A stretch of DNA of 63,927 nt, filler included, from Basidiobolus ranarum (lineage: Eukaryota): assembly GCA_040143965.1 (NCBI GenBank). It is 36 parts of 36 records of this genome, joined end to end, with 100 filler letters (N's around TTAATTAATTAA, not from the genome) between each part and the next. Parts side by side here need not be neighbours in the genome. Positions count along the whole stretch, not along the records: positions 1 to 1,688 come from JASJQH010004552.1; positions 1,789 to 3,475 come from JASJQH010004553.1; positions 3,576 to 5,262 come from JASJQH010004554.1; positions 5,363 to 7,048 come from JASJQH010004555.1; positions 7,149 to 8,834 come from JASJQH010004556.1; positions 8,935 to 10,618 come from JASJQH010004557.1; positions 10,719 to 12,402 come from JASJQH010004558.1; 29 more parts are not named here. One strand, written 5' to 3'. The position numbers were made by a program, and so were the translations under genes. The notes under the pieces are model-generated. The model worked only from the letters and a program-made list of their open reading frames with translations. It made no database searches and was not told where the DNA came from. Positions 1-12,502 of this stretch are shown piece by piece (the first letter of the stretch is position 1; the number at the start of each line of letters is the position of its first letter).

Positions 1-285
1 TAAATAAGTACAAATCCAATACTTCCAGTCTTTAAATTTAATATACACCTTGATGAGTAGATATGGATGGGAGTTCTAATAAAATATGATTGAACATTGA
101 CATTTTCAAGCATTTTCCTAATTAATTCAAATCTTGATCCTATCCTTTATTGCTCATTCAGATTGAATTCTCCACTATGTGACTGAGTGCATAGTATTTG
201 AAAATTGTTCAATAGTAATGGATATCAGTAAGCATGTTCAAGTCTGACTGGGCTCTTGACAGCAAAGTTATAAAGCTTAGTATTG
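1..285 (-). mobile_element. CACTA-type transposase fragment (decayed)
   Basis: Matches the KDWKYWICIYSSG / GSKFESIGKMLENVKIP region seen in the copies at 21732 and 35236. Confidence 0.8.
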
Positions 286-289
286 CATA

Positions 290-960
290 TGGTCAGTAGT
301 AATGTCAGATGCATCAGTTTTGACAACAAATGGCTTCTCTAGCTTGTGGTGCACCAAGATTGGCACTGAGGTAAAAGCATTCTTTGAAGTTACAAATCCT
401 TATTTTCAAGATAGGTTCCAGTTAAATGGTAGTTCATTGTTGGTAAGGCTTGCCAATGGTGCAGATATTAGACTTGTTCTATTTTATTGAGCCAGATCAG
501 GCCAGCTAAAAAGTGTGCCAACACCAATTGGCATGACTGGGCACTATCTGGCACAATGATATTTACCATTTTGGAAACAATTTATTTTAATTATGAGGTA
601 TATTTAGGAAAAGTACCTTTAGACATCATTGTACTTTCAAAAGATGATGAAAGCTTGATTCATAGTGTCTTAAGTCTAGAGCTCTCAATGGATGTTTTCG
701 AGTATGAATGGACTTGTTCCTGGTGATAGTGCCAGATTGTGCTATATATATCATATTGGATAAAGTGTTCTAAAATTTATGCAGCACAATTTGGCACTAT
801 CCATCAACCTGTGGCATGATCTATTTGAATTGCATTTACTCTATTATATGGATCTAAGGTCCAACAGTTCTTGGCACAATGGAACAAGTCCAATGTATTG
901 AGAATTAACCAAGATCCTTACTACTTTTCCTAACTTTAATCGAGGCCCACAAAGTGATTT
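290..960 (-). pseudogene. Ty3/Gypsy RT-RNase H remnant
   Basis: Minus strand reads PFVVKTDASDI (RNase H DAS motif) near 300-335. Many stops; boundaries approximate. Confidence 0.6.
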
Positions 961-1471
961 TCCTCTATACTTTCCTGCTACAATGTTTTATCTCTTTAGT
1001 TTACCAAAGCTATGTTCTAATCTTGCTCTAAAATGGGAAAAAATATCATTATAAAGCTTTTGCCTCTCTGTGAGTATCCCTCCTCTGGGCCTCTTGTTGG
1101 CTGTGACACATCCCAGCCTTTTGCATTCTTCTTCAACATATGCCAAATCAGCCCTAGTCTTTTCATATTAGACAAATGGTGCATGCCTCTCAACCCAAAG
1201 CCTTTTGTCATGGTGTCTCCCCAGATGTGGCCCACTAAACCAAATGATGTTTCCTTGCAAATGTGTCCAAGCCTGGAACTTTAGACAGTGGGCTTTGTAC
1301 TTGCCGGAATAGAATAGCTTTTGGTTGCTTTTGGGCCTGTCAATTGTGACAGGAAATGTGTAAAGAATACTTCTGATATGAACTCTATTAAGAAATACTT
1401 CAGGAAATGTAAGGGAGTTAGAGTCTGTCTATTGTTTGTCCCAGGCACCTTCAACATCATTCATCACTCAA

Positions 1472-1688
1472 CCCTAACAAAAATAAAATCGATTTGATCC
1501 GGATCGGATCCATCCTCCAAAATAGCAAAACCGTCAAAGAACTGTCACAATATTGCTGGCTTGCATTCTGCCGGGGATTTTGATGGTGTGATGGCGGTTT
1601 ATTGACGGTATCTTAACGGTATTCATATATGTTAAAATATTGATCCTCAAATTTGGCATGTGTTATTCAATAACCAGCAATTTTTGCA
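1472..1688 (-). mobile_element. CACTA-type element right end (TIR plus subterminal repeats), young CpG-retaining copy
   Basis: Begins CCCTAACAAAAATAAAATCGATTTGATCCGGATC. The reverse complement of this terminus follows the transposase 3' end at 6382, 18906 and 50426. Confidence 0.88.
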
Positions 1689-1788
1689 NNNNNNNNNNNN
1701 NNNNNNNNNNNNNNNNNNNNNNNNNNNNNNNNTTAATTAATTAANNNNNNNNNNNNNNNNNNNNNNNNNNNNNNNNNNNNNNNNNNNN
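1689..1788. other. Artificial contig linker (first of 35 identical ones): 44 N + TTAATTAATTAA + 44 N
   Basis: Identical 100-nt spacer about every 1.78 kb. TTAATTAATTAA gives stops in all six frames. Intervening contigs shrink monotonically from 1688 to 1671 nt. Confidence 0.99.
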
Positions 1789-3010
1789 TAACTGGAACAA
1801 GAATTGGGAATCTATATGACCTAAATATTGCCCTAACTACTGAGACTATTTCTAACTTTGCAACAATTACTTCTGGAAACTTGTTGACTTGGCATTGGAA
1901 CTTAGGTTATCTAAACTATAATAGTGGGAAATTATTATATAAAAATAGCCTATGTACTCTAAGGGATCTTAAGCCCTTAGATATTACTAAATGTGAAAGC
2001 TGTATTCAACAAAAGATCATCAAAAAATTGTTTCCAAAAGAAGGAGCTAGCAAACCAAAGATTTATTGGATCTTATTTATACAGACTTATATGCCCCAAT
2101 GCAAACTCTGACATCAAGTAAGCATAATATTTACTGATCTTTATTGATGATAAATCTCACTTCTCAGTTTGATATCTGTGGTCAAGCAAAGGAGAAGTGT
2201 TTTAATAATTCAAGATATATGAACCAAAGGTCACTGCCATAACAGGAAAAAAAATCAAATACCTATGCAGTGATACTGGAACTGAGTTTAGCAATGAAGC
2301 CACTAGCCTTTATCAAGAAAAGGGAATTCAGCAGCAGTTTACTATTTCATATAGTGCAGAACAAAATGGAGTTGCAGAAAGGATGAATAGGACTTTAGTA
2401 GAGAAAGCACATACAAGGCTGATTGAATCAGGTTTTCCTAAGACCTATTGGGGTCAAGCTATTTTGACAGCTACATATCTCCAAAATAGAAGTCCAACAT
2501 GTAGCAACCATGACCCTCAAACTCCTATTGAAATCTGAACTGGAAACAAGTCTAATCTGAATTATCACAGAACATTTGGGTCAATAATATATCCTCATAT
2601 TGCTAAACCTCAGCATAGGAAATTGGACAAAAAGGCAACTAAATGTATCCTATTAGGATATTAGAACAAAGTCTATCATCTCCTAATTGATGGCATAAAT
2701 CAAATCATCAACTCCAGATATATGTATTCTTTGAAGAAAATCTCAAACCTTCTAATCAAGGAAATTTGAGTTTGGCTGAAAATCAATTTCTCAATAACTC
2801 AAGTTCTGAGTTAACAAGTTCTCTTACCAATCTTGAGCTAATGAGCACTGAAATCAATCTTGAGCTAATAAGTACCAAAACCAACTTGGAAAATAATACT
2901 ATAGAAATAGATACTGGGATTAGGCCTGATTTTAAATCTGATACTATCTATAACATTATTCAAATTGATAAAATATCATATCTGGGACAAGGTCATGCAA
3001 ATCAACCACT
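1789..3010 (+). pseudogene. Ty1/Copia pol remnant (GAG-pre-integrase plus integrase)
   Basis: WHWNLG...CESC zinc-binding motif, FIDDKS, EQNGVAERMNRTLVEKA; stops and frameshifts. Same family as 55279-56617. Confidence 0.9.
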
Positions 3011-3689
3011 GTGGCATCCAAGAAAAAGTGGATAAAAAGTCTTGAACTTTGCTGAACCAAAGAAACAGTTAAGTGCAGAATCTTAGAACTGTTCAAGCAG
3101 GGTATATCAGCAGAGCATATCTAACTAATATATGTCTTGGGAATAGCAGTGGGTTGCTATGTTACGGTAGAGAGTAGGTTTGTTAGGCAGCTAGGCTTGA
3201 TGTTCTGTAGATACTAGTGGATACTAGGCTTGGATAGCAATCAGAGGGGAATATTGAATTTGTTGAGAAACACTGAGAAGTGTTGAGATCCTATATTTAT
3301 TGAGACACACACTAAACCAAAAGGTTCAGTTAGCTTTATTCATACTTTTTGATAGCAAAGTGAATTAGACAACACCAATATATTAGATGACTAATTCTGA
3401 TAAAAGTTGATGTGTTTGGATAGATATATATATAGATAAGTGATTCATGCATCAGCTGAAGTCTTGGCAGTGAAANNNNNNNNNNNNNNNNNNNNNNNNN
3501 NNNNNNNNNNNNNNNNNNNTTAATTAATTAANNNNNNNNNNNNNNNNNNNNNNNNNNNNNNNNNNNNNNNNNNNNTAGATTCAGTCTATCTTCTATAAAC
3601 CTGTAATAAAGTTTTTCATATCCAATTACAAAATCTTTGCACAATTGCTGTATCTGCCTGAGATCTGCCAATGTGAGCTGATGTACACT

Positions 3690-4713
3690 TCCAATTCCTG
3701 ATCAGCAGTGGAAATCCATATCCCTGTATTTCATAACCAGTCTATCCATGTCTGCCAAATATGATTCAATTCTGGTAATTGTTAACCATCTAACAAAGAT
3801 GGCCCACTTTGTGCCCTGCAACAAGTCACTTGATGCAAAACAAACAGCAGAATTGGTAACTCTAAATATCTTCTGCATACATGGACTCCTTGAAACTATC
3901 ATCTCTGACCAAGAACCTCAGTTTGCTTCCAAATTCTGGAAAAGCCTCCTCCATACTTTGGGTATCTCTGCCAATCTCTCCACAGCCTTCCATCCCAAAT
4001 CTGATGGCCAAACAGAAAGAGTGGAACAATATTTGCAACACACTATCAACTATAATCAAGATAATTGGATACAACTCTTGCCTCTTGCTGAATTTGCTTA
4101 CAACAACTCTTATCATACCTCAACACAGCAAGCTCCTTTCTTTACAAATTATGGATTCCATCCTTGCTTCCCAATTCCCCCACCATCCAAGTTGAAACAT
4201 GCTCAATCCCAATACAAGTACTTTGCTGATAAGAAAAGAAAGCCAAGCCCAGATCTCAAGCCAGGAGATTATGTTTGGCTACTCTGGAAAAATATCAAAA
4301 CCACTAGACCTTGGGATAAACTTGATCACAAAAGACTAGGGCCTTTTAATATTATTAAGCAAATCAATTCAGTAGCCTTCCATCTTGAACTCCCAGCCCA
4401 TTTCAAAGTCCACAACATATTCCATGTGTCTCCTATAGAGCCACATGCCAGAAACATCTTCCAGGGCCAATCCATTGACCCACCCCCAGCAATCCAAGTG
4501 GAAGAACACCCTGAATATGAAGTTAGCAAAATCCTAGATTCCAGAATTTATCAATGTAAGTTGCAATATTTAGTGGATTGGAAAGGATACTCAACAAATG
4601 ATCAATCATGGGAGCCAGCAACAAATCTTTCCAATTCCAAGGAACTTTGCCAGGAGTTTCACAAAGCCTACCCAGAAAAACCTGGCCCTATGATGTCTAG
4701 AAGCCATCATTAA
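3690..4713 (+). mobile_element. Chromovirus (Ty3/Gypsy) integrase with C-terminal chromodomain
   Basis: LSTAFHPKSDGQTER core, GPF/GPY module, chromodomain EYEVSKILDSR..LQYLVDWKGYS..DQSWEP. Followed by the polypurine tract AAAGAAGGGGA and an LTR. Confidence 0.95.
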
Positions 4714-4725
4714 AGAAGGGGATAC

Positions 4726-5262
4726 TGTCATGATTCTAATCTCAGCATACTGAACCACTACAAATAGAACTCCTCTATTATTAGATTATGACATCATGTC
4801 TGCTGTGCCATCCCTTCTTAGCAATCTGGTGTCAGTTCATCCAGATTACCCTATATGGAAGTCATGTTCTTTGGAACATTGTATGAAACTTTACCAATCA
4901 TATCATCCCACACATAGTGTATTTCCACCAAGACCTTCCATGGAAGGTCAACTGATCATCCTTACATCATCCTTACATCATCTCTCTTTGTATTGGTCCT
5001 TGTAGTCCCCAACACCCCAACTCTTGAACTTGCCACAGTATATTCCCTATTAAGTATATTATGTTTCACCTGGCAATATATATATAAGCCCCATGTATTC
5101 CTTGATCAGACCTCAGTCTGATCAATGCTAGTTATCAATAAAGATTCTTGCCAAAGTATCTTCCTTGTCCAGTCTTGTCTTGTCTTGTGGTCTACACCCA
5201 AGTACGCTCCTGCCCTCCAGCCTCTTGCCATTGTTTCCAGTCCTTGTCCAGTTCCTTATTGT
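4726..5262 (+). repeat. Chromovirus 3' LTR (LTR-A, about 540 bp, TGTCA...TGACA)
   Basis: Starts TGTCATG right after the PPT. Other copies at 7149-7372, 14463-15001(-), 16069-16332, 20866-21143(-), 26757-26904. Confidence 0.92.
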
Positions 5263-5362
5263 NNNNNNNNNNNNNNNNNNNNNNNNNNNNNNNNNNNNNN
5301 NNNNNNTTAATTAATTAANNNNNNNNNNNNNNNNNNNNNNNNNNNNNNNNNNNNNNNNNNNN

Positions 5363-6382
5363 TTATAGGCTCTTGCAATACATTCTGGGAGTTCCCAATG
5401 GAGCACACCTGTGGTGAATTAATGCTCTCTGTTAAATTGTAAGTATTACCATATGCTTATCTGATTAACATTGTGTCAGCAAAATCAGTGATGGATGTAA
5501 TGCAATGGGTTAAGGAGACTCCAGAGTATATTAATCTGCCAACAAAAGGCTCTTTTCCATGTGCTCATGGGTTTTCACATTGTTTGAGCACAATAACAGC
5601 AGCAAAGCCCAATCCATGGACACAGAGTAAGTACCTCTATAATTGGACTAATTTGCTTGTGTGATAATATGATGGTATATTTAGGAAAGCTGCAAGACAG
5701 ACTTCTTGTTGAGATAGATCAAGATATGCATTATCATTGCTTTAGCCATGAGGTAATCTATTCAAGCACTGACACATCTACTTGTGGCAGGACATTTGTT
5801 GACTGCAAGTCAGGGATATATGGTTGAATTCTTTATGGAAATGTGCCAAAATCTAAGAGTTTATTCTCATTGTGAATGGTAATAAGAATCAGCTATTTGC
5901 CAAGTGTCAGTGCTAATCAAAATTTCAGATGTTTAGCAATTTTTCCACCATTAGTTTGCTGGTAAAGCACATTGATGTAGTTGAGTTATGTGACATCAGT
6001 CAAGTATGTGCATATGTAGAGACTAAACCCAATGAGATTCTTGTATTTTTTGATTCTCATTATGGCTGGAATAGAGAGCCTAAGATATCTAAATAAAGGC
6101 ATGCAAATTGATTTGAATTGCTACTGCAGTAAACCCAGTAATTTGCCACTTAAAAATTATATTCTTGCAAAAATTCCCGGATATTTAATAATGCATGCCA
6201 AATTTGAGGATCAATATAGCTACACATATGAATAAAATCAAAAAAATGTCAAGAAACTGCTGTCACAACATCAAAATCCCGGGCAGAATGCAAGCCACCA
6301 AAATTGTGATGGTTCTCTGATGGTTTTGTTATTTTGAAGGGTGGATCCAATCTGGATCAAATCAATTTTGTTTTTGTTAGGG
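5363..6382 (+). mobile_element. CACTA-type transposase 3' part and right terminus
   Basis: FWEFPMEHTCG (DUF4218-like W.FP.ER motif), intron 5627-5684, ends ...TTTTTGTTAGGG. Confidence 0.88.
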
Positions 6383-7048
6383 GTTTTGTTGCTGTTTTTG
6401 TGCTCAATCAATGCAAAAACACATGAGCACATTGAAAACAGCCCTTTGTTGTAAGGTTAGTATACTCTGGAGTCTCCTTAATCCATTGCATTACATTCAT
6501 AACTGATTTTGCTGATACATTGTTAATCAGATTAGCATATGGTAATATTGACAATTTTGCACAGAGCATCATTTCACTGCTGGTGTGCTCCATTGGGAAC
6601 TCCCAGAAAGTATAGCAAGGGCCTATAATCTCCAAATATTGTGAAAGATGCAGCAGGGAATGTAGTGAATACTGGCATAGCTTCAGTCTGTCTTCTTTAA
6701 ACCTGTAACAAAGTTTTTCATATCCAATTACAAATCTTGGCACAGTTGCTATACCTGCCTGAGATCTGCCAATGTGAGTCGATGCTAAAAGAATATATTA
6801 ACAATATTGACAAACAACTCCCAATGCTGCCAATTCTTGTCTGGCAGAAAACTTTTCAAGATTCCACTTCAATATATACAAATCCAATACTTGCAGTCTC
6901 AGAACTCTGCACTCCTCAATAATCAAAGCAGCTTCCTTTACTGTAGTGTAATGAGTGTCCCAATGTTGGCCAATAACAAAGAGTCTGGAACAAAACTGTC
7001 ATCATCATCTTCAACTTCTGATATACTACCATTGGTACGGGAATAACC
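6383..7048 (-). mobile_element. CACTA-type transposase fragments (second copy, internally deleted)
   Basis: ORF 6408-6743 reads CQYSLHSLLHLSQYLEIIGPCYTFWEFPME. Confidence 0.85.
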
Positions 7049-7372
7049 NNNNNNNNNNNNNNNNNNNNNNNNNNNNNNNNNNNNNNNNNNNNTTAATTAA
7101 TTAANNNNNNNNNNNNNNNNNNNNNNNNNNNNNNNNNNNNNNNNNNNNATTATGTTTCACCTTGCAATATCTATTTAAGCCCCATGTATTCCTTGATCAG
7201 ACTGAGGTCTGATCAATGCCAGTTATCAATAAAGATTCTTGCCAAAGTATCTTCCTTGCCCAGTCTTGTCTTGTCTTGTCTTGTCTTGTCTTGTGGTCTA
7301 CACCCAAGTACTCTCCTGCCTTCTAGCTTCTTGTTGTTATTTTCAGTCCTTGTCATGTTCCTTATTGTGACA

Positions 7373-7640
7373 GAAATATAGAAAACTAACACTGGGATTG
7401 ATGTCAGAACATCTGTGGGAGTCAAATGAGCTATCTTTGGGGCAATTTGGATGGGTTTGAAATTTTCAATATGGATTTGCTAATTCTCACATGATTCACA
7501 TAGATATGAGCTATATGTTTGATTTTCAATTAAGTGATATTTGACTATTTAATGTCAACTTACTTATATGTCATATATGAAATAGTTAGGTGTATAAAGC
7601 TAGATATAGCAAATATGATAATGACAATAAACTTCAGCAG
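7373..7640 (-). repeat. Partial Copia LTR-C interrupted by LTR-A
   Basis: Similar to 43523-43897 and the reverse complement of 62620-62997. Confidence 0.75.
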
Positions 7641-8834
7641 GAATTAATGGTGTGTAAGACAAATATGAAAAATATTCACCTGACTTAGTAATTGGTAATT
7701 GTGTCCAAACAGCACATGACTTCAGGTTTTTCAGATCACCAGTGAAAGACAAACAACCATTTTGACATGAAGATAGTTTCATTACTGAAGCATTATAAGT
7801 CAAACAACTGACAAGTGTTTTCCACTTATATCAGGTCTGTGGCAAGCTAAAGTTGCCAATCAACTGTGGTAAAAGGCTAAGAAAACCAATACACACCTGG
7901 TTGCAAAGATTGGATTGAACTCTCCACTCCTCAATAAACAAAGCTGCTTTGGTTACTGTAAGTGTTATGAGTGGACTAATGCCTGCCAATAACAAAGAGT
8001 CCATAACATAACCATTGTGTTCTTCTTCAACTTCTTATATACTAACATCAGTACTGGAATAACCAAGGTCAACATCCAGCAGCATGTCCTGAAAGTTGTC
8101 TGTACTTACTAGTTTGACCAAAGTTGCATTTCTACCTACATCATTCTGGTAATATAAATGTGGTAACTTTATGGTATCTTGACTTTTGGCAGTGTTACCA
8201 AAACTTTGAGGCAAAGCACAGCCAGTGGACTTAGTGGGCAAAACTAAAGTCAATTTTGTGCACTTTTTACTATTGATATACACCAGGCTTTGTGCAGCTG
8301 GTGCATTTTTACAGTGACTGTGCTTGTGATTTTTTTTTGATAAAGCCTCTGGCTTTCATAAAACAAGAATTTGTGACAATAATAGCAGGGCTTCTTTAAA
8401 CATTTGTGTTGTGGCAAGAGAAGGATATTGTAGAAAAAAGAGCACCTATGCAAGGGTGGTATTTTAGGTATAGCCCATCAATATCATCAGATTGATTCAT
8501 CAGGGTATTTAGAAGATATTCCTAGTAATGGATGGCAATTTTGGTTTATTATAAACTGTTTCTAAGCATTTTCACTACAACAAGTTTACCATCTGAAAAT
8601 TTCAATGCCATCTAAAAAACATTCAAAATCAAAATCAAAATTGGCTTTCAAGCAAGAGCATGTGAGCACAAAAGGAAAAAGCCAGCAAGAATAGAATACC
8701 TCATTGATGTGCAGTATAGAAATCCACTATCCACTTTGCAAGGCATTAGCATGCTGGAAACTAACTCAAGTGATGAAGAAGTATTGATCTATTTACCAGA
8801 TGTGTTCCTGTATGGCAATGATGCAGGTGAAGAG
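7641..8834 (-). mobile_element. CACTA-type element centre: transposase 5' end (-) and ORF2 5' end (+), divergent
   Basis: KKPCYYCHKF zinc-finger-like start and C.NGC..F on the minus strand; ORF2 start (SKSKSKLA...KPAR) on plus from about 8605. Confidence 0.8.
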
Positions 8835-8934
8835 NNNNNNNNNNNNNNNNNNNNNNNNNNNNNNNNNNNNNNNNNNNNTTAATTAATTAANNNNNNNNNN
8901 NNNNNNNNNNNNNNNNNNNNNNNNNNNNNNNNNN

Positions 8935-9296
8935 TTGACACAAACTCATGTTGGGTATGAGCTAAACCTTGGGTATGAAGAACTCTATAAAAATATTCAG
9001 GAGAATATATCAAAGAGACTAGGGATTTTGAAGGTGACAAATTAGTGTTCAAGTTGTAATTGTGTAAAATTTGAGTTACATTTTTGCATATGTGTTGATC
9101 CATAGTTCGCCGAGATTTTTGCCAATCATTTGCAACTATTTTGTGAGATCTTGAAATTTCTCTCCTGAAACTGAAAAAATTGATTAAAATCAAATCTAAC
9201 TTGATGATTTTAAGATGGTAAGTAAACAGTCAATCCCAAATGGATTTAAATTGTGATGGTTTTCCTACAACAACAATCCTCAAATTTCTGTTAGGG
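8935..9296 (-). mobile_element. CACTA-type element left end
   Basis: Ends ...CAAATTTCTGTTAGGG (reverse complement CCCTAACAGAAATTTG); inserted in a Copia integrase. Confidence 0.88.
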
Positions 9297-10618
9297 TGTT
9301 TTGGTAAATCTTGATCACAAGGCAATGATCTTGCCTTTTCCATTATTGATCTGTTTGAATATTATGCTACTCCATTCTGCTGTGGGGAATGTGGCACTGT
9401 AGTCTGCTGCTTTATCCCATACATTGAGCAGAAGTTAGAGAAGAGTTTTGAGGTATATTCCCCGCCATTATCAGTATGGATAATCCTGATCTTTAGACCA
9501 GTTTCAGTCTCCACCATTGCTTTGAATTTCTTGAAAGTATCAAAGGCTTCAACCTTACTGGCCAGAGAGTTCAATTATGTATACTTTTTCTTATTAGCAA
9601 AAAAGGTCATAAAATACCTTTTTCTGCCTAAAGATTTTGTCTTCATTGGGCCATGCAAATATGAGTGTAGCATGCCCAATTTTCATCAATTTTGCTCTTT
9701 CCAGAGCCCATAAATGGATGTCTGTGTTGCCTACCATATAGGCAACCTTCACATAGCTCCAGATCTGGTGGAATTACAAAATGTAGTCCCAAAACAATCT
9801 TTTTTTTGATCACACATGTCATATTCTCAGCTTCTAGATGACCCAATCCACTTTGCCAGATTTCCAATCTATCTCTTCAGCTGTGTCAGTATTAACTTGT
9901 TCATATATTGGCCTAACATTTTGAAGTTTATACAAGATATTTTGCTTAGCTCCAGAAGCTATGTAATTCCCTTTTTGATACTTGATTGTATAGCCATTTT
10001 TATCAAAGTTAAAGCTATATCCCTCAGATGTAGCTTTACTCACTGATAACTAATTTTTGCTATCCCAGGCACATATAGCTCAATTTTCAGTGTCAAATAC
10101 ATGTTGCCAGAGATGCCCCCAAGATCCATTTCAATTTATCTCACTCCCAGAGCTTCTAGTGGCCAGTCATCTCTGATATAAACCTTCTTCTTTATTTTAG
10201 TTATGAGTGTTTTAAACCCGTTTCTTTGATTAGAGAGATGTTGTGAGGCTCCAGAATAAATATACCATGACCTAAAGTCTTTTTCAGAGGTCACTGATAG
10301 GGCAGAAATGAATGAAACTTCCTCTTTGGATGAAACCTGATTTGCTTGTTCTGACTTCCTACTTTTGTTGTAATTTCTTGATTTGCAATCTTTTATCTGG
10401 TGTCCTGGTTTGTTACAACCTTAACATAAACCTGGTTTCCTTCTGTTGTAATTTTTGTACTTGCCAAAGCTATGCTTTCCAGCTCCAAAAAGAGCCACTT
10501 CCTCAGATTTGATTTCCAAATTCTTTACTTCTCAGGTGTCAATCCACTAGCCTTTCCACCACAAACTCCAAAGACAACTTGTCAGATCTTGCTTCCAAAG
10601 TTGTGACCAAGTTTGAAT
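9297..10618 (-). pseudogene. Ty1/Copia gag-protease-integrase remnant (family also at 12503 and 62257)
   Basis: TDNGGEYTS..FC..GIKQQTTVPHSPQQNGVA, LGHL..CEGC. Confidence 0.9.
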
Positions 10619-10718
10619 NNNNNNNNNNNNNNNNNNNNNNNNNNNNNNNNNNNNNNNNNNNNTTAATTAATTAANNNNNNNNNNNNNNNNNNNNNNNNNN
10701 NNNNNNNNNNNNNNNNNN

Positions 10719-10950
10719 AAAATATGAGTTACGTTTTTTGCACATGTGTTGATCCATAGTTCTCTGAGATTTTAGCCAATCATTTGCAGCTATTTTGCAA
10801 GATCTTGAAATTTCACTCCTGAAACTGAAAAAATTGATTAACATCAAATCTAACTTGATGTTTTTATTTTGGTAAGTAAACAGTCAACCCCACATGGATT
10901 AAAATTATGATGGTTTTCCTACAATAACAATCCTCAAATTTCTGTTAGGG
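10719..10950 (-). mobile_element. CACTA-type left end
   Basis: Ends TTTCTGTTAGGG. Confidence 0.88.
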
Positions 10951-11008
10951 ATCCAGGTACACCAGTTGGAAGTGCTAAATTTGGAAGCTTATCCAACATC
11001 TGGCACCT

Positions 11009-12402
11009 CCCTGACAGGGAATTTGAGGATTGTTATTGCAGGAAAACCATCACACTTTTAATACATTTGGGTTTAACCATTTACTTACTGTCCTAAAATT
11101 GTCAAGTTAGATTAGATTTGAATCAACTTTTTCAGTTTTAGGAGTGAAATTTCAAGATCTTGCAAAATTGTTGCACATGCTTGGCTACAATCTCAGAGAA
11201 CTATGGATCAACACATGTGCAAAAAATGTAACTCAAGTTTTACACAATTACCACTTGAATGCTAATTTGTCACCTTTGAAATATCTATTCTCTTTGATAT
11301 ATTTTCCAGAATAGTTTTTTAGAGTTCTTCATACAAAAGGTGTAGCTCATACCCAACTTGGGTTTGTATCAATATCTCCATCAAAGCCCACCATTGTATT
11401 AGTTTGTATCAATATTGCCATCAATGCCTGCCATTGTATCAACATTGCTGAATCATCATTCTTACAGCAATCTGGTGGATATTCTTCTATATTGTGCCAT
11501 TCTGTATTAAGTTCTACCCAGATATCTGGATGGTCAACACCAGACTGAATGTCAAGTTGAATGTCCTTCTTCTGAAGCCACTTTCTGCATACTTGCACTA
11601 CATGTTTCCTTTCATATTTTTGAAAATGCTCCTCAAGCACTTTGACTATTTTTGTATATCCTTTTAATGTGACACTACTCAGGGTGCTTTGTGGTGTTTG
11701 TGTGGCTTTTTGCTTGCCTTTAACTTTGTTGCAATTTTCAACACTTTCAAAAGAACCAGTTGAGGTTGGAGAGCTACGAGTTCTATTTGCTCATGCTTTG
11801 GCTTGTTGAGAGGAGCCAAGTGTTGGATGAACCTCCAAATTTACCACTCTTCCAACTGGTGTAACCAGTTCAATGATGAAATTAAGCTTTTTTGCCCGTA
11901 TATCTGACTCTGGAATTGCAGATCTTTGTGATGGCGTTAAGAATTTGGTAAGTGCAACAGTAGTGCTCAAACTCACTGGCTCCTTTGGTTTTCCCTTGGG
12001 TTGACTAACTTCCTGCTCCTTGAGTACTTCTTTAGCAGCTTTTCTCTCTTTTCCAAGTCAAACATTACATACATTTTTGAGATGCTTCATGAATAGGCCT
12101 ATACTAGCCCAATTGCCATTTACTTGCAAAAGCCCAGGATAAGTCACACAAAATAAGTCCAGAACCTTCAGAGTAACACCTGGTTTTTGATTTTTTCATG
12201 ATTGGCTCAAATTTGGGTGATTTTGGGCAAGATACCGCAAAGTTTCCAAAATGTTAAACCACTCATCATCAGAGCAAGTGAAGACAGCTCTGACATTCAG
12301 AGTCTTTTGGTTTGCCAATTTTCCTATGAGATTTCTACTTTCATGTGCCCAAGCAATTTTGGGGCATTGTGTAGGCTTAATGGTCCAACACATATTCGGC
12401 TC
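11009..12402 (-). mobile_element. CACTA-type left end plus 3' half of accessory ORF2
   Basis: CCCTGACAGGGAATTTGAGG terminus at 11009. ORF2 pieces 12196-12393, 11791-11976 and 11347-11640 on the minus strand read toward the left TIR. Confidence 0.8.
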
Positions 12403-12502
12403 NNNNNNNNNNNNNNNNNNNNNNNNNNNNNNNNNNNNNNNNNNNNTTAATTAATTAANNNNNNNNNNNNNNNNNNNNNNNNNNNNNNNNNNNNNNNNNN
12501 NN

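Noticed and set aside
1472-1479. CCCTAAC at the CACTA termini as telomere repeats
   Set aside because: Single unit, always followed by element-specific sequence and found at internal insertion junctions; it is the TIR.
7263-7293. (TCTTG)n microsatellite
   Set aside because: Variable-length tract inside LTR-A; ordinary slippage.
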